Assembly: GCA_050273025.1 (NCBI GenBank)
Contig: CP158635.1
Coordinates: forward strand, 28,024,001-28,088,000
DNA: 64,000 nt
Source: Cenococcum geophilum
Taxonomy: Eukaryota
Reading direction: 5' to 3'
Shown: positions 25,801 to 36,417 of the stretch, piece by piece
How positions within the stretch are numbered: the stretch's first letter is position 1
Layout: every line of letters starts with the position of its first letter
Made by a program: the position numbers and the translations under genes
The notes under the pieces: model-generated
Database searches by the model: none
Told to the model about the DNA's origin: nothing
The model's input: the letters and a program-made list of their open reading frames with translations, nothing else

Positions 25801-26672
25801 ATAGCGTCATCCGCCATCCCATTGATATTCATCAAGCGTTGTGTGAGCTCATTCCGTTCCCGGACCCGCTCGATCTGGAATCTTGAGAATGCCATACGGT
25901 CTGGGAACATCGTATCTAGCTGATCCTTCGAGTATCCCATCCTAAGCCTACTCCTTAACCTGGCTGCATTTAGAATATTGTACCGATCCGAAGCGGGTAG
26001 ACTGATGAAGAACGGGCTATCAAAGTCGATCTTCGAGAAGTCATAGACATTGATGTCCTCCCCCGTGTCAAACTGCCTCGCATACTGCTCCAGCTCCTCC
26101 AGCGACATAATCCTAGGATCATTCGGCCCGCCCATCTCCGCCAACGACGCATCGAGCTCAGGGAGATGATACGCATCCGTCTTCTTGAACTTGCGATTCT
26201 GCGCGCGCTCCTGCGGCGTCATCTGGATCTCCTCGGCATAGACCAGATTCTCCGGCAGCGGCTCCTCGACCTCGACCGGATGGCGCGCCGCGTCCTTCCT
26301 CCGCTGCTCCTCCTGCTCCGCCGCGCGCTGCATCTGCAGCGCGAGCAGCTTGCCCGCCGTCCTCACGGCATCCTCCCTCCGCCCTTCCCTCCGTGACTTC
26401 CGCGCGCTGATGGTCTGCCGCTTGAGCGCGGGGGCGCCGCCGTCGAAGACGAAGACGGGCTTGATGCCGATGAAGAGCAGCTTGCAGATGCGGCGGAAGA
26501 AGCCGACGATGTGGCTGCTGCGCAGCGCGTTTCCCTCCTTGTCGCGCACCGCTTTCAGGAACTGGTAGATCCAGATCGAGGCGTCGACCGCGAGGCGTTT
26601 CTTGTTCAGCGTTTCGATCTTGATGGGCCGCGCGCAGGGCTGCAGGACGGTCCAGAGGCCGGTGACTCCCAT
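22857..26672 (-). CDS. RAD2: XPG/Rad2 nucleotide-excision-repair endonuclease
   Basis: Intronless 1271 aa; XPG-N (MGVTGLW, AVDASIW, PVFVFDG), UIM-like EELRRAIAMSL spacer, XPG-I (APMEAEAQCA, TDDSD, LLGSDY, GIGPVTA), basic C-terminal tail. Confidence 0.97.
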   Translation of the reverse strand: MGVTGLWTVLQPCARPIKIETLNKKRLAVDASIWIYQFLKAVRDKEGNALRSSHIVGFFRRICKLLFIGIKPVFVFDGGAPALKRQTISARKSRREGRREDAVRTAGKLLALQMQRAAEQEEQRRKDAARHPVEVEEPLPENLVYAEEIQMTPQERAQNRKFKKTDAYHLPELDASLAEMGGPNDPRIMSLEELEQYARQFDTGEDINVYDFSKIDFDSPFFISLPASDRYNILNAARLRSRLRMGYSKDQLDTMFPDRMAFSRFQIERVRERNELTQRLMNINGMADDAMFGVNGISRVAGEKGREYVLVKNDGVEGGWALGVVTSKDEGQRSKPIDVDKLHEPINEDEDDEWEDDNEFEDVPIEGLNRLPRPNPLQTQKNGPQNALTDELAKRRRAFYESRAQGTTRKPKSTKHKPVNQDSESLFLADEDDDDDSVWENVDIPGHDDLFEDLKEGASDEDEEELRRAIAMSLQQDEQEPEQSDSEDQDDYREVFQQQRVEEGKPFANGSGLAIARMANSRSNKVAPKGPFAASDSEGDDVDLQAALLESRKSKRAPRAVHQTPKEMEKPRVQTIAPTQKPVASQAAKASGFDGPLPFEKLDLGSSLLGKKKMQKLAEESAGGFEKDVEDLKKKSGEPLPPWFAGDLRKDLSAQKEERQDRQRDRKALEEEYQFQEPPSLRKQETHEVIDLDAPRSQSKEVVIIDSSDDEKECDTEMEDGLVEDPETRARDVADKTTAEPPPLLPATKKSPALQASSPPKPDAADESEDESIDWSESDGEAKVQRNGKSTVDKRTVVGQKASASKSPSPEFEDITIAHETITTPFALQPDEDDVSAPIPVDIPDSDSDIYSDPDDAALFASLAAEASEHARFASSLNPSSTIPVDFDTELRQLRTQQKKDRRDADEVTQTMVSECQQLLTLFGLPYITAPMEAEAQCAELVRLGLVDGIVTDDSDTFLFGGTRVYKNMFNAAKFVECYLLSDLASEFSLTRDKLIAIAQLLGSDYTAGIPGIGPVTALEMLSEFASLDAFRDWWARVQSGALPKDADKVSPWRRRFRRANAAKLFLPPTFPDPRVAAAYTAPDVDPDPQPFVWGVPDLDALRGFLMQSIGWSRERTDEVLVPVIRDMNRREKEGTQSNITRFFEGGVGAGAFAPRMREGGSGSGRGKPAGKRLGRALGRLREREGASAGVAEDELNGNNGAGQAGLEEEDYGADGAENLDGRRKRKKGKMPRRAASAAAPISSEDDDEDDLYTEPPKKAQKSGNTRSRKK

Positions 26673-27206
26673 GGTGGCTTGGTGGGTGTGTAGGCCATCG
26701 GCTGGGTTGTGAGAGGTGCGTCCGGCGACTCTCTTGTGGGAGAGATTGGAGGTTGGAGGATGGTGGTGGAGGCGCGGAGGTCGGGATGGCCGCCTTGTGA
26801 CTGCGCGGAGGTTTCGCGAGTTAATGCGGCCAAGAGACTGACGCGTCGGGTGAGTTTTTCATTGCTAGGCCACTTCCCAACCTCTGCCTTCGGCTAGCTC
26901 TAGAAAATATCAAGTTGGATATTTTGATATCTACTGAACGGCACTTGCTCGGCATATATTAGGTTTATAATACTCGAAATGCCTTTACGCGTTGCTTGCG
27001 AACGAACAATTCTGGCTGTCAAGAGCTCGTAATAATATCATAATTCGTAACTAGTAAATTTAAACCGAGGAAGCCTGTATATAGTTAATTTCCTACTTTA
27101 AGATAAACGGTCTCTTTGCATCTCGTTGTAAAGCGGTTGGTGGGTTCAACTCCCGCTTCGAACAACCTTCGCGATTGGCGTAAATACAAGGGGATAACAT
27201 GAATGG

Positions 27207-27310
27207 GTCAGACGCCCCCCCCTGCTAGTACATGTCAAGAAATAAGCGTCTAAAGTAACATAGCGGGACCAGGTTATTTTGCTTACTATACTAGCAGGGG
27301 GGGTGTCTGA
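27207..27310. repeat. Fold-back inverted repeat (mini-MITE-like)
   Basis: TCAGACG(C)9TGCTAGTA at 27207-27230 pairs with TACTAGCA(G)7TGTCTGA at 27289-27310. Confidence 0.7.
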
Positions 27311-27444
27311 TTTGCAAATTAGATTAGTCAATTAAAATACGCAATGTGGCAAAATGCGATTTTTGATTGGGGCGAATTTAGCCGTCCTGCTTTAGCTAGC
27401 ACACCCCGGTTAGGCTGGTTAGTGGCGTTTTGGTGGACGGCAAG

Positions 27445-27488
27445 GCGCTGGCAGCTTGCACTGCAATCTTAGCGTACTCGAGGCGGCC
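27445..27488 (-). repeat. Dispersed short repeat, inverted copy
   Basis: Reverse complement reads GGCCGCCTCGAGTACGCTAAGATTGCAGTGCAAGCTGCCAGCGC. Confidence 0.75.
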
Positions 27489-28030
27489 TAACCCAGCCTA
27501 AGGCTACCCACTAGTTAGATGACGAATATTTTCGCGCAGACTTCCAAAGGGCAATTCGGGTATATATCAGTTCCCAAACACTCACGATCCTTTCAGACGT
27601 TAGTTGCGAGTGCCGGCTACGTAGCATGATGATTGAGGCCCTTGAGCAGAGATAACTTCTGAAAGGTATCTCTGCATAAATTTCTTTGTAATCCTCATAA
27701 CCACCAAGCAAAAACCAATCAGAAGACTTCAAAGTCCAGAGAAATCACCGCAAAATCCACTCAAGCCCACCACCATTCTCTTAATCATACTCTTCTTCCC
27801 TTAAACCGACCATCCCTCTTCATTCTTCCACCCACCTCGTCAGCGCCTCCAAATCCAACCCCACCGACTCCTCAACACTACCCCTCAACAGCCCTCTAAC
27901 CCCTCGCCTCCTCGATTCCACAAGCACCACGACCTCAACCTCCAACTCCTCAACATCCACCTCCCCAATCCCCGAATCAGCCTACCCGCGACGCAGAGGA
28001 TCTGCGCGCGGGTCGGCGTACCTCTTCTTC

Positions 28031-28746
28031 TCATGCAACCCCACCCGGAGCCGCCTTCGCCATTCTCGCCTTCTTAGACACGGGGCCAGAGGCGGATGGT
28101 AGCTTAGCCTTAGCCTCAGCCTCAGCGCGCCTCTTCACGCCGCCGCGCGTACGCGCCGCGATGGGCGGGGTGCGCGGCGCGGCATCCCGCGAGGGCGTCC
28201 CGACGACAGATGCAGCGCGCGCTCGCCCGGCCTCCACAGACCGCGGTCCCGAACCCGCGGCGCGCGGCAGAGACACTGACACCGGTCTCCCCAGCCTGCG
28301 TGCGCCTGGATGCTCGGCGCGGATGCGGCGGTAGGCTTGAGAGTCGATGGTGCCGAGTTGGCGGCTGGGGCCGGGCCTGGGCGGCGCGCTGGGCGTGAAG
28401 CGGGGTGGGGGTCCGGGTGTTAGATTAGGATCGGCGGGGGAGTAGTCGTCGTCATCGTCGTCGTCGTCGTCGTCTGGGATTGTGGTAACGTCGGTGTCCG
28501 GGTCTGCGGCCGTCGCTTTGCCCTTGCCTTTGCGGTCAATGGAGGCGGTTGTAATGAGCGAGATGCGGGTGAGGCGCGGGAGGCGCTTCTTTGGCACGCA
28601 GCCCCATCTGGTGTGTAAGTGTAGATTTTGTGCAGGGCGCGGTTTAGGTTGAAGATGTCGAGTTTCTCGTCAAGGGCGTCTAGCTGCGGAAAGGGTTCTG
28701 AGTGTGTGAAACGTGTGTTGGTTTCGTAGCATGGAAGTTTTCGCAC
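28031..28746 (-). other. Possible low-complexity hypothetical gene or relic (Asp run, Arg/Pro-rich tail; two overlapping frames)
   Basis: GC-rich ORFs 28031-28597 and 28420-28746 with a KGKGKA motif and poly-Asp; no recognisable domain; exon structure unresolved. Confidence 0.3.
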
Positions 28747-29231
28747 ATTTTCACTTTTATATTCAGGGACATCCGTAGCGCTCCTTCACGTGGTGTCGGC
28801 GATCGAGCCGCCGGTAAGGTATGACAGCAATGGATTAAGCAGTTTATTAAGGAGGAAGGGTTTCCTATTACGATTAATGAGACGCCGGAGGTAATAGTTG
28901 ACGTGTAGAACACTAGAAAATCTATATACAATTAATTCCCCATACATTTAAATAACCTCATATTTTGATGATGCTTGGTATGGATATGAGCGAGGAAGCC
29001 GCGTTCCCTGTTGATTACTATGACGCGCCCACGGTAAACAATGGTGCCTGCGGAGTCACCGACGCATTAGTGTTTGCGAGCTTATGTAATTCTGCACTTT
29101 ACAAATACCTCTGAGCGACAACCAGATTCTTCATCCCACCGTAGCCACGAACACTCCACATCACCCACAAACTCCATCACCGCGTATCAACGTATTAGCC
29201 GTAAAACCTCTTTGCCGATATAACAGACACT

Positions 29232-29587
29232 ATGGCGCCTGCAAAACCTACGTTCTCCCCTGTTTGCACGGAACCATTTGTCATTAGCGCAGAGTCAAGA
29301 ATCCGCCAACTGCGAAAGTTCCTTTCGTACAAGTCACAGGAATATCAGAAGAAGAATATCTTAGCCCTTATACACTTGTACGAAACTGGCCAATTAGCTG
29401 GGCCCACAGAAGAGACCATTTGGATTTTCGATGGCAAAGTCGTTGATAGTGAACCTGATAAGATCCCTCCAGGATCAGCCGTTTGGGCCGAGGTTTGTCT
29501 TATCTTCATTTTTTGTTATTACTTCACTGACTTTAATGCTTAGGAGATTGCCTATCAACTTATACAGACCACTCAGACAACTCAGTA
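29232..29587 (+). CDS. Small hypothetical protein (~100 aa, 2 exons)
   Basis: ATG after C/A-rich leader; protein-like composition; intron GTTTGT...CTGAC...TAG at 29493-29543; second exon EIAYQLIQTTQTTQ*. Confidence 0.6.
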
Positions 29588-30044
29588 GAACCTGATGATA
29601 GCAATAGCTATCATGACTACCTGTTCGTGCCGCGTATGTTGATCCATGGTTCCAGATAGGTGGAATGTCATGCTACCGAATTCAACTGTTTGGCGTTTCG
29701 GTTGTCTAGACCAGAGAGCCCAGATACTACCGCGAATCAGACCTGATGATACTAGTGTAATAAAATCGGGCCTTCTGGTGGGGGTTATGAGAGTTATCTG
29801 AGGCCGCTAAAAGGTACGCACCAGTCGGTGTGCTGGTGGATGCGATATATGTAGGCATATCCCGTGCGCCGTTGAGAAAGGCGTACACGCAAGCGAACCA
29901 ACCAGAGTCTCTATATTGAATCGAGTCTTGGCGAAATGAAGCTGTGGATTTGATCGACGAATTAAGGCTCTAAATCATTATAATAAAGCTCAAACTTATA
30001 TATAATTGACTCTATCGTGTCGTAATTAAGTTAAGGTGTTCCTG

Positions 30045-30150
30045 CTAGCAAGGTACTTCTTTACAGAGGGGTATATTGCATAGAGCACAGCCGAATTGTG
30101 TTCTTGGAGGACGTGTTGATATTTCGGTGTTCGCGCACGGGCCTCTTTTA
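30045..30150 (-). mobile_element. piggyBac-like transposase C-terminal Cys-rich fragment (relic)
   Basis: RPPRTQFGCALCNIPLCKEVPC* followed by AT-rich sequence; same motif type as 38580-38705. Confidence 0.5.
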
Positions 30151-30235
30151 GTGTACTCGACGGCGCATGGGATAGCGGCAATATGCAAAGTATTTCGGCT
30201 GATGATTTCTGTACATCTAGATAACGCGGCCATTT

Positions 30236-32054
30236 TCATCTATCCTTCCTGGAAATTCGCCATGTGCGCCGCGCTTGCCGCGCTTCAGGTTCCGGAGTTG
30301 GCGGCGTAACGACCGTATCGATGTTAGGCTGGTTCGGAGTCGATCCCTCCAACTCAGCCTTCTGAACCTGATCCGGGCCTTCCAGCTCAGGAAGCTGAAC
30401 GTCCCCTGCAGGCATCTCGAAAATAGGCGCAACCTGTCCTTCCATTTCGGCAATCTTGACATGCTCATGACCGGTGTGCAATTCAGCATTGCCATGAGAA
30501 TCTCCTCCGATTTCATGTCTAGCGTTGTCTCCATCAAGTTCGGTTTTTGGACCAGCACTGCCACCAAGAATTTGCGTATCCTCGCCTTCAAGCTCAGATC
30601 TCTTGTACGTGGGATCAGAACGTCGCTTCTTGTAGCGGCGGTGCACGAGGAAGAACGCTACGCAGACGATTATGATGACTGCGGCAGCTCCGACAGCAAT
30701 GCCAACCATCGCGCCGGTACCAAAAGAGCTCTTGGTAGACGTTGATGTCGGTGTCGTGGAATTGGTTCTGGTAAGCTCTGGAAGAATCGGAACAATGTTC
30801 TCCGAGACGGAGGAAGCCGGATACAATGCCTGAGACAAGTTGAAGTAATTCTGATCATAGTTCGCGGAGAGATATGCACTCTGCATGAACGCGCGTCCCA
30901 ACACGTACTGCGAGTCATCCGCTGCTCTTTTTAATGGGAAGTATAGTGACGATGAGTTCCCGATATAAGCAGACGTGGCTGTTTGATAGAAGTTCCAGTA
31001 TGGCATTTTGATTGCTACAGATGCTCCTGTCACTTGTGGACCAACATTGAATATAACCTCGGGATTTTCCTTCAGTAATGAGTTGTGCAATGTGCTATTC
31101 ATCAAGTAAAGCTCCGTTACGTTATCCCAAACTAGTCCAAAGGCCTCTTCGAATAGCTGACAGGAATCCAGGGGCAGCCAAATGTGAGCAATCATGGTAT
31201 CAATGTAGGATATAATACCGGCGTTCAGCAGCGGCTTATCCGTGATGTTTGTCGTAATACTTTGGATAGCCACTTGAAAATCCAGGGAAATATCAGCTCC
31301 GAATGGGAAGGTTACGTTATTTGGCTCAAATCGGGTAGAGTCATATCCTCCAAGTGTAAGACTTCCGAAAATTTTAGGTGCAAGATTGTACGCTCCTGCC
31401 GTATAAGACCAAGAAATACTGGGGATTGGCGTGCTCATAGACCTCAGACCTTGCATGAGACTTGGTTGCGGATCGTTGAAGCTGGAAAAATTCATAGGGC
31501 GAGGGTCCAATGCCAGCATTCCAATGTAGAAATCTTTGGTAGTAATGCCACCGATGACTTGATTGGTAACCGAGGGAAGACCATCCCCTTTCCATCCCAG
31601 CTGAATAGTATCATTGCCATACAAGGCAGCTCCGCTATATCCAAGACGGTTTTCCAGGTAGAGCGAAAGGTTGTAAAAACCGTTTTGCGACCAAGTGCTG
31701 GATGCGTTCCTCTCATACCAGAAGCCCCGGTCGCTATAGCAATTGCTCCCGTCTGATGCGCCACAAGCTTCTGGTAGGACAACCAATGTTGAAGATTGGT
31801 CTAGGGCAGGTAAAACTCGGATTTGTTGCGCCGGTGTGCCAAGCTCGATTCGAAAAGAAGACCATGGGCCATCATCTCCATCCCTTGATTTGAAAGTTAG
31901 CCACGCCTCGATCTAGTTGCTCGGATAGGTTCGCTCACCAATACTGACTAGCAGGAACGCTAATCGGCTCCCCTGTTGTTGTTTCGTTCTCTGCGGAAAT
32001 AGCGAAGGGCAGAACGGATATGAGAAGCACGACGAAGAAAATCCCAAGCCCCAT
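30236..32054 (-). CDS. Type I membrane pepsin-like (A1) aspartic protease homolog, probably catalytically inactive
   Basis: Signal peptide MGLGIFFVVLLISVLPFAISA; W|DGDDGPWSSF, LGTPAQ, GSLTLGGYD, YIDT, LGRAFMQSAY; Ser/Thr linker, TM helix, cytoplasmic tail; intron ~31938-31884. Confidence 0.88.
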
Positions 32055-34167
32055 CCTGCGCAATCAGGAATGACTACACGGCGAAAACGACGGAGCATTG
32101 GCATGAATGCTGAGATATCATCGCATTGTGAAAATCATGGAGAGAAAATTGGAGGAGTGATCCTGAGGGAAGGGAGGTGTTGGATGTACAAATCACTCGC
32201 AGATGCATCTGCCGGGTCATTTGCGGGTTGCATGGTCCAAATACAGACATCGATGGAGCAGAGTCCAGTTGTTTCAGGCTTCACATTGGTCGGTTTTGTC
32301 AGGGGGTGGAGATGCTGGGGTGGTGTCGTCGAACCACAGAAGGCAGCTGGATTGCAATCCAGCATGGCTGAAGGCGCATAGTATAGATATTTGGGCAAGG
32401 CCTCCCTGTTGCATGGTGCGGTAGAGCCTCTCAGCGAGGGAATCTCCCCAAAGCGCTGCGTTAGGCTTCAGCTGCTGTCAGCAGTAGCGTGGTAAGACAG
32501 CTCTCGATCGCCATTGATCGGTGCCTCACCAACCGTAGCGGCGCGTTGTCATACCGGACACCCAGGGTAAAAGCGCGTCTCGAGATGGGATTTGCGGGAA
32601 GTCATCTAGAGGGGGCTTGAGTAACAATGCAAGGGGTTTGCGTGAGGTGCCCAGTAGGGAAGGTCGCGTTTGATCAGCCTCCACGACGAAACGCGAATGC
32701 AATGTGCATTTAACAGAGGCACAGCCCACGACGGTAACGATATGCCTTAGCATATATATAGACGAATTTAAAACTCGAGATTTACCTACTACCCACGCCA
32801 CCCTACTTAGCAAGCCGCTGCGGTTCCTTCGCTCGCCAGGAAAACGGCTCGAGGCTCCTGCAGAGCCACTCACAACCGTGCACCCTCGGGCCTCTCCGCT
32901 CCGCAAGCCCTTCGTGGCTCTTAAATTGGGCACATGCGCAATAGCAGAGAGTGAAATGATCTTACCATGGCAATTCCGTGTCTAACATCCAAGGCATATC
33001 ATGGCTCTTGTGAACCTTGGAAAGTTCTAAGGTGACTAGCCTCAGCATCACTAGCATCATCACATTAGCAAACATATCTCCGCGCAACCCTGGATCTCCG
33101 TGAAATGGTTGATATACTGATTGCTTTCCAAGAGAAGAAACTGTTGCGTGCTCCGCTCTTGTGTAGTTCACCAATCAGTGGTATGTAGTACCATATATTA
33201 ATATTGTGGCTCCTAGTCCAATTGAGAACATTGCCCCAGTCCACGCACGGGAAGACGCATCCATCCAGATCGTCAGGTTGTCTGTTTATGGCCATCCACT
33301 ACGTAGATGCTAAATTCGTTGGTGGCATGCTCCCCTAGCCAAATTTTTTTTGGCTCTTTCTTGGCTTCAGGAAGAAGAAAATTAATTTGTTCAATCGAAG
33401 CCATCGTATCGTTAAGCATAGAAAGAAAGTAGCGAACTGCTGCTCCGAGCTATCATCACCGGCCGGCCAGTTCTCTTCAGAGAAGCAAAAAAACCAATGA
33501 ATGGTATGAGTGAGTAGTTTGCTAATAATAATAATGTCAGGAACAAAAAAAACCAAAACTAAATGAGCTATTGCTCCTTTGGAAAGCCGCTGAAATAAAA
33601 TAAAATCTTGAATAAACAGCATAAACTTGAGCTTTCTCGACAGCGCAAGGTCCTCCCGTCTCTGCATGCCATGGTTCTTCCACCCAACGTCTGAGGCTGA
33701 TCGCCCCCACTTTCCTGCACCTCACATGCCTCCAACGGCTAAAAGGAACGATCACCACGTTTTTACACGCAGCTCAAACATATTTACGCTTCAAAAATTG
33801 ATCCTCTAAGGTGCTCTACCTTTCAAAGAATTGCATTCTGTTGTATTAATATCTAACAAGATGTGACATTTCGTGTAGGGAAATACCGAGGTCTTGGCCG
33901 CCTATATATCTCTTGAATACGACGTCGCAACCAGTGAACATCACCAGAACCGACGATCAGCTAACCACAACTCCAAAGCCCTGTCGAAACCGGGGAACAA
34001 GGAGGCTGAGCGCAACATGGTTTACAAACCAGGCTCGTTCTTCAGCACTATGTTTCCATATCAGCTGCCGTGCTTAGTATTTCTCCTCTTCGCTCCCCGC
34101 GCTCCTCTTTAAGCTTCATCACAATCGCTTCGATTCGTTTCTCAGTTAATCGCCATTATTGTCCTTC

Positions 34168-35233
34168 ATGCTTCGCTCCAAGGCCCTCACAATCACTTTA
34201 GTCGCATCTGTCGCTTGCGCGTTTCCCCAACGGTGTAAGTTCGATAATGTGCATGAGGAAGAGGCTGAGAGCTAATCGCGAAACAAAAGATGCCCCCATC
34301 GTAAATGCTACAACAGCCACCACCGAAATCCTGACTTCGTTTCCATACGCCCATACCGAGATCAGCGTCCCACCATTTAGCGACACAAGTACTGGCGAGG
34401 AGGCTGCGTCAACAGAGCATGTTGAGAGCAGCGTTGAAATTTCATCAGGAGGCTTCGAAGCAACTCCACATACTGCTCATGTTGAGGACTCGGTCACGTC
34501 AGCTTTCCCCACAACGTCGCCCGTCGTATCCCCAACTGAGCGTTCTGCAATAACGGTCACACCTCCATACCAACCCTCAAGCCCTACAGAAATAGTGGGG
34601 GTCGTCTCTGAGTCAAACATAGTCTTTACCGAACATATCGAGTACTCTGTCACTCCTGAACCACAAAATACCCCTGGGGCATCAACTAAGATTCCCGAAT
34701 TCGCGCATACTGAAATCACCGTTTCTCAAGTTCAGCACACAGCACTCGGCGAAAATAGCTCGCCCACAACATTGGGGATTGGCGATATCATAGGCTCCCT
34801 CGTCGCCGGTGCATCGTTCTCCGTACTGCAATCTCAGCCCACTGTTGGGATTGTCTCTCCAGGAGAATCTTCTGCACCACCAGTCCGAGGGCCTCCTGCT
34901 GTTACCGTTGGTAGCCAGGCCATCACGCTTACCGTCGGTTTCTCAACGATTATTGGGACTGGTTCTGCAACGACCCTTGTTGCCTTAACAACGAACTCAG
35001 AAGGGCAGAGTATCGTCGTGATCGGAACCAGTTCATCCACGCTCCTAAGCGCGGGCACATCACCAGGCAGCTCTATTATCAGTGGTCTTGGAGCCAGCTC
35101 CACACCAAGTGCGACTGCTTCCAGCTCAGGTAAAACTCAGGGCTCAGCAGCAATGAGCTGGAGGTGGAAGTGGGGAATGGAGGTTTGGCTAGGGTTCGTA
35201 GGTGGGATCTTGGGCATTGCGGCAGTGCTATGA
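34168..35233 (+). CDS. Ser/Thr-rich GPI-anchored cell-wall/surface protein (2 exons)
   Basis: Signal peptide MLRSKALTITLVASVACAFP, intron 34235-34289, S/T/P-rich body, hydrophobic C-terminus after GSAA. Confidence 0.8.
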
Positions 35234-36417
35234 TGATTCTCGAATTTCTGATTGCATGGGTCGGAGCAAGGCGTACTGGACTTGGGAGTGCCCAAGACTT
35301 TGAGGGTATTCTTATGACTCCTTGGATGTTGACGATTGTAATGGAAATCAATTGGAGGGCATAATCTGGACGACACCGCACTGAGATTGGATTTGACCAC
35401 ATCCACATCCACAAGGGCCGAAATAAAATAATGGCAAATATTACAAAAGTAATCTGAGGTGGAAGACTCGGTATTTGGTCTAATTTTAGGATATACTTAT
35501 CAAATTGTAGGAACTTATGAGTGCTTTGACGTCCCATCCGAAACATATACTCAACGAAGAGATGGTTCATACTCCCTGGAGCGCGAATCGCTTCGAGGCC
35601 AGATTTCAAAATCCGCGCAAAAAAACCGAGTGATAGAAGGCCACAAAACTACGAGCATTTTGTCCACAAAAGATAGCTAAGGCATGCTAAGTTCAAATGT
35701 CGAGATTATGGAGACTATGAGTTCCAGTGCCTGCATGATACTCAAACGCCGGGCGTTTCATGCAATTACTGCACGCCAGGCCGCAATCCCATCTTCGTGG
35801 GAACTCACCACAGCCTCCGGTTCCTGAGAAATACCCCTGCATGTTCAAATGATTTGGGGAAATACCAATGATATCGACGCCTTTTAAGTAAGCATAACGA
35901 GTGCGCATGAAATCTGTGAACTATTGACGACGATAGAGCGCCTATTTACGCATTCTAAAAGGCTGATGCCTCCGGCCCAAGCGTGTTGAAATTCAGGTGG
36001 TTGGGCCAAGGGGCCTGCCAACCCCCGTTACTAACCTCTTTAATTCGGTCATATACATATCAACTGAGCAATAATTTATCTCTTAAGTGTGTTTCTATAG
36101 CGTTAAATTTCATCAAGTTGTTGTACTGTTTACGGTATCATATGCTGAGTGGTAAAGGGCTGCTAGAGCTGCGCGATATGTCATTGAGGCTGTGATTGGT
36201 CGTTGAGGCACAGCACTGCATAGCACCGCACTGCACCGCACTGCACAGCCCGCCTTTCCGGTCGCAGCATTACCGTGAGGGTATCATCCAACGGGCATGC
36301 ACCTGTACTTGGCCTCAAAACCCTCTTTTAGTTGTGTCAGCAACATTTCCCATAATTATTGGGCTAACACTTCTCAATCTTTGAGTACACTTCTCCTGAG
36401 AAGGGTGGCCATTCAAG

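Noticed and set aside
32100..34100. Multiple short ORFs in the divergent intergenic region
   Set aside because: Non-coding promoter/UTR character with A-tracts and no coherent protein.
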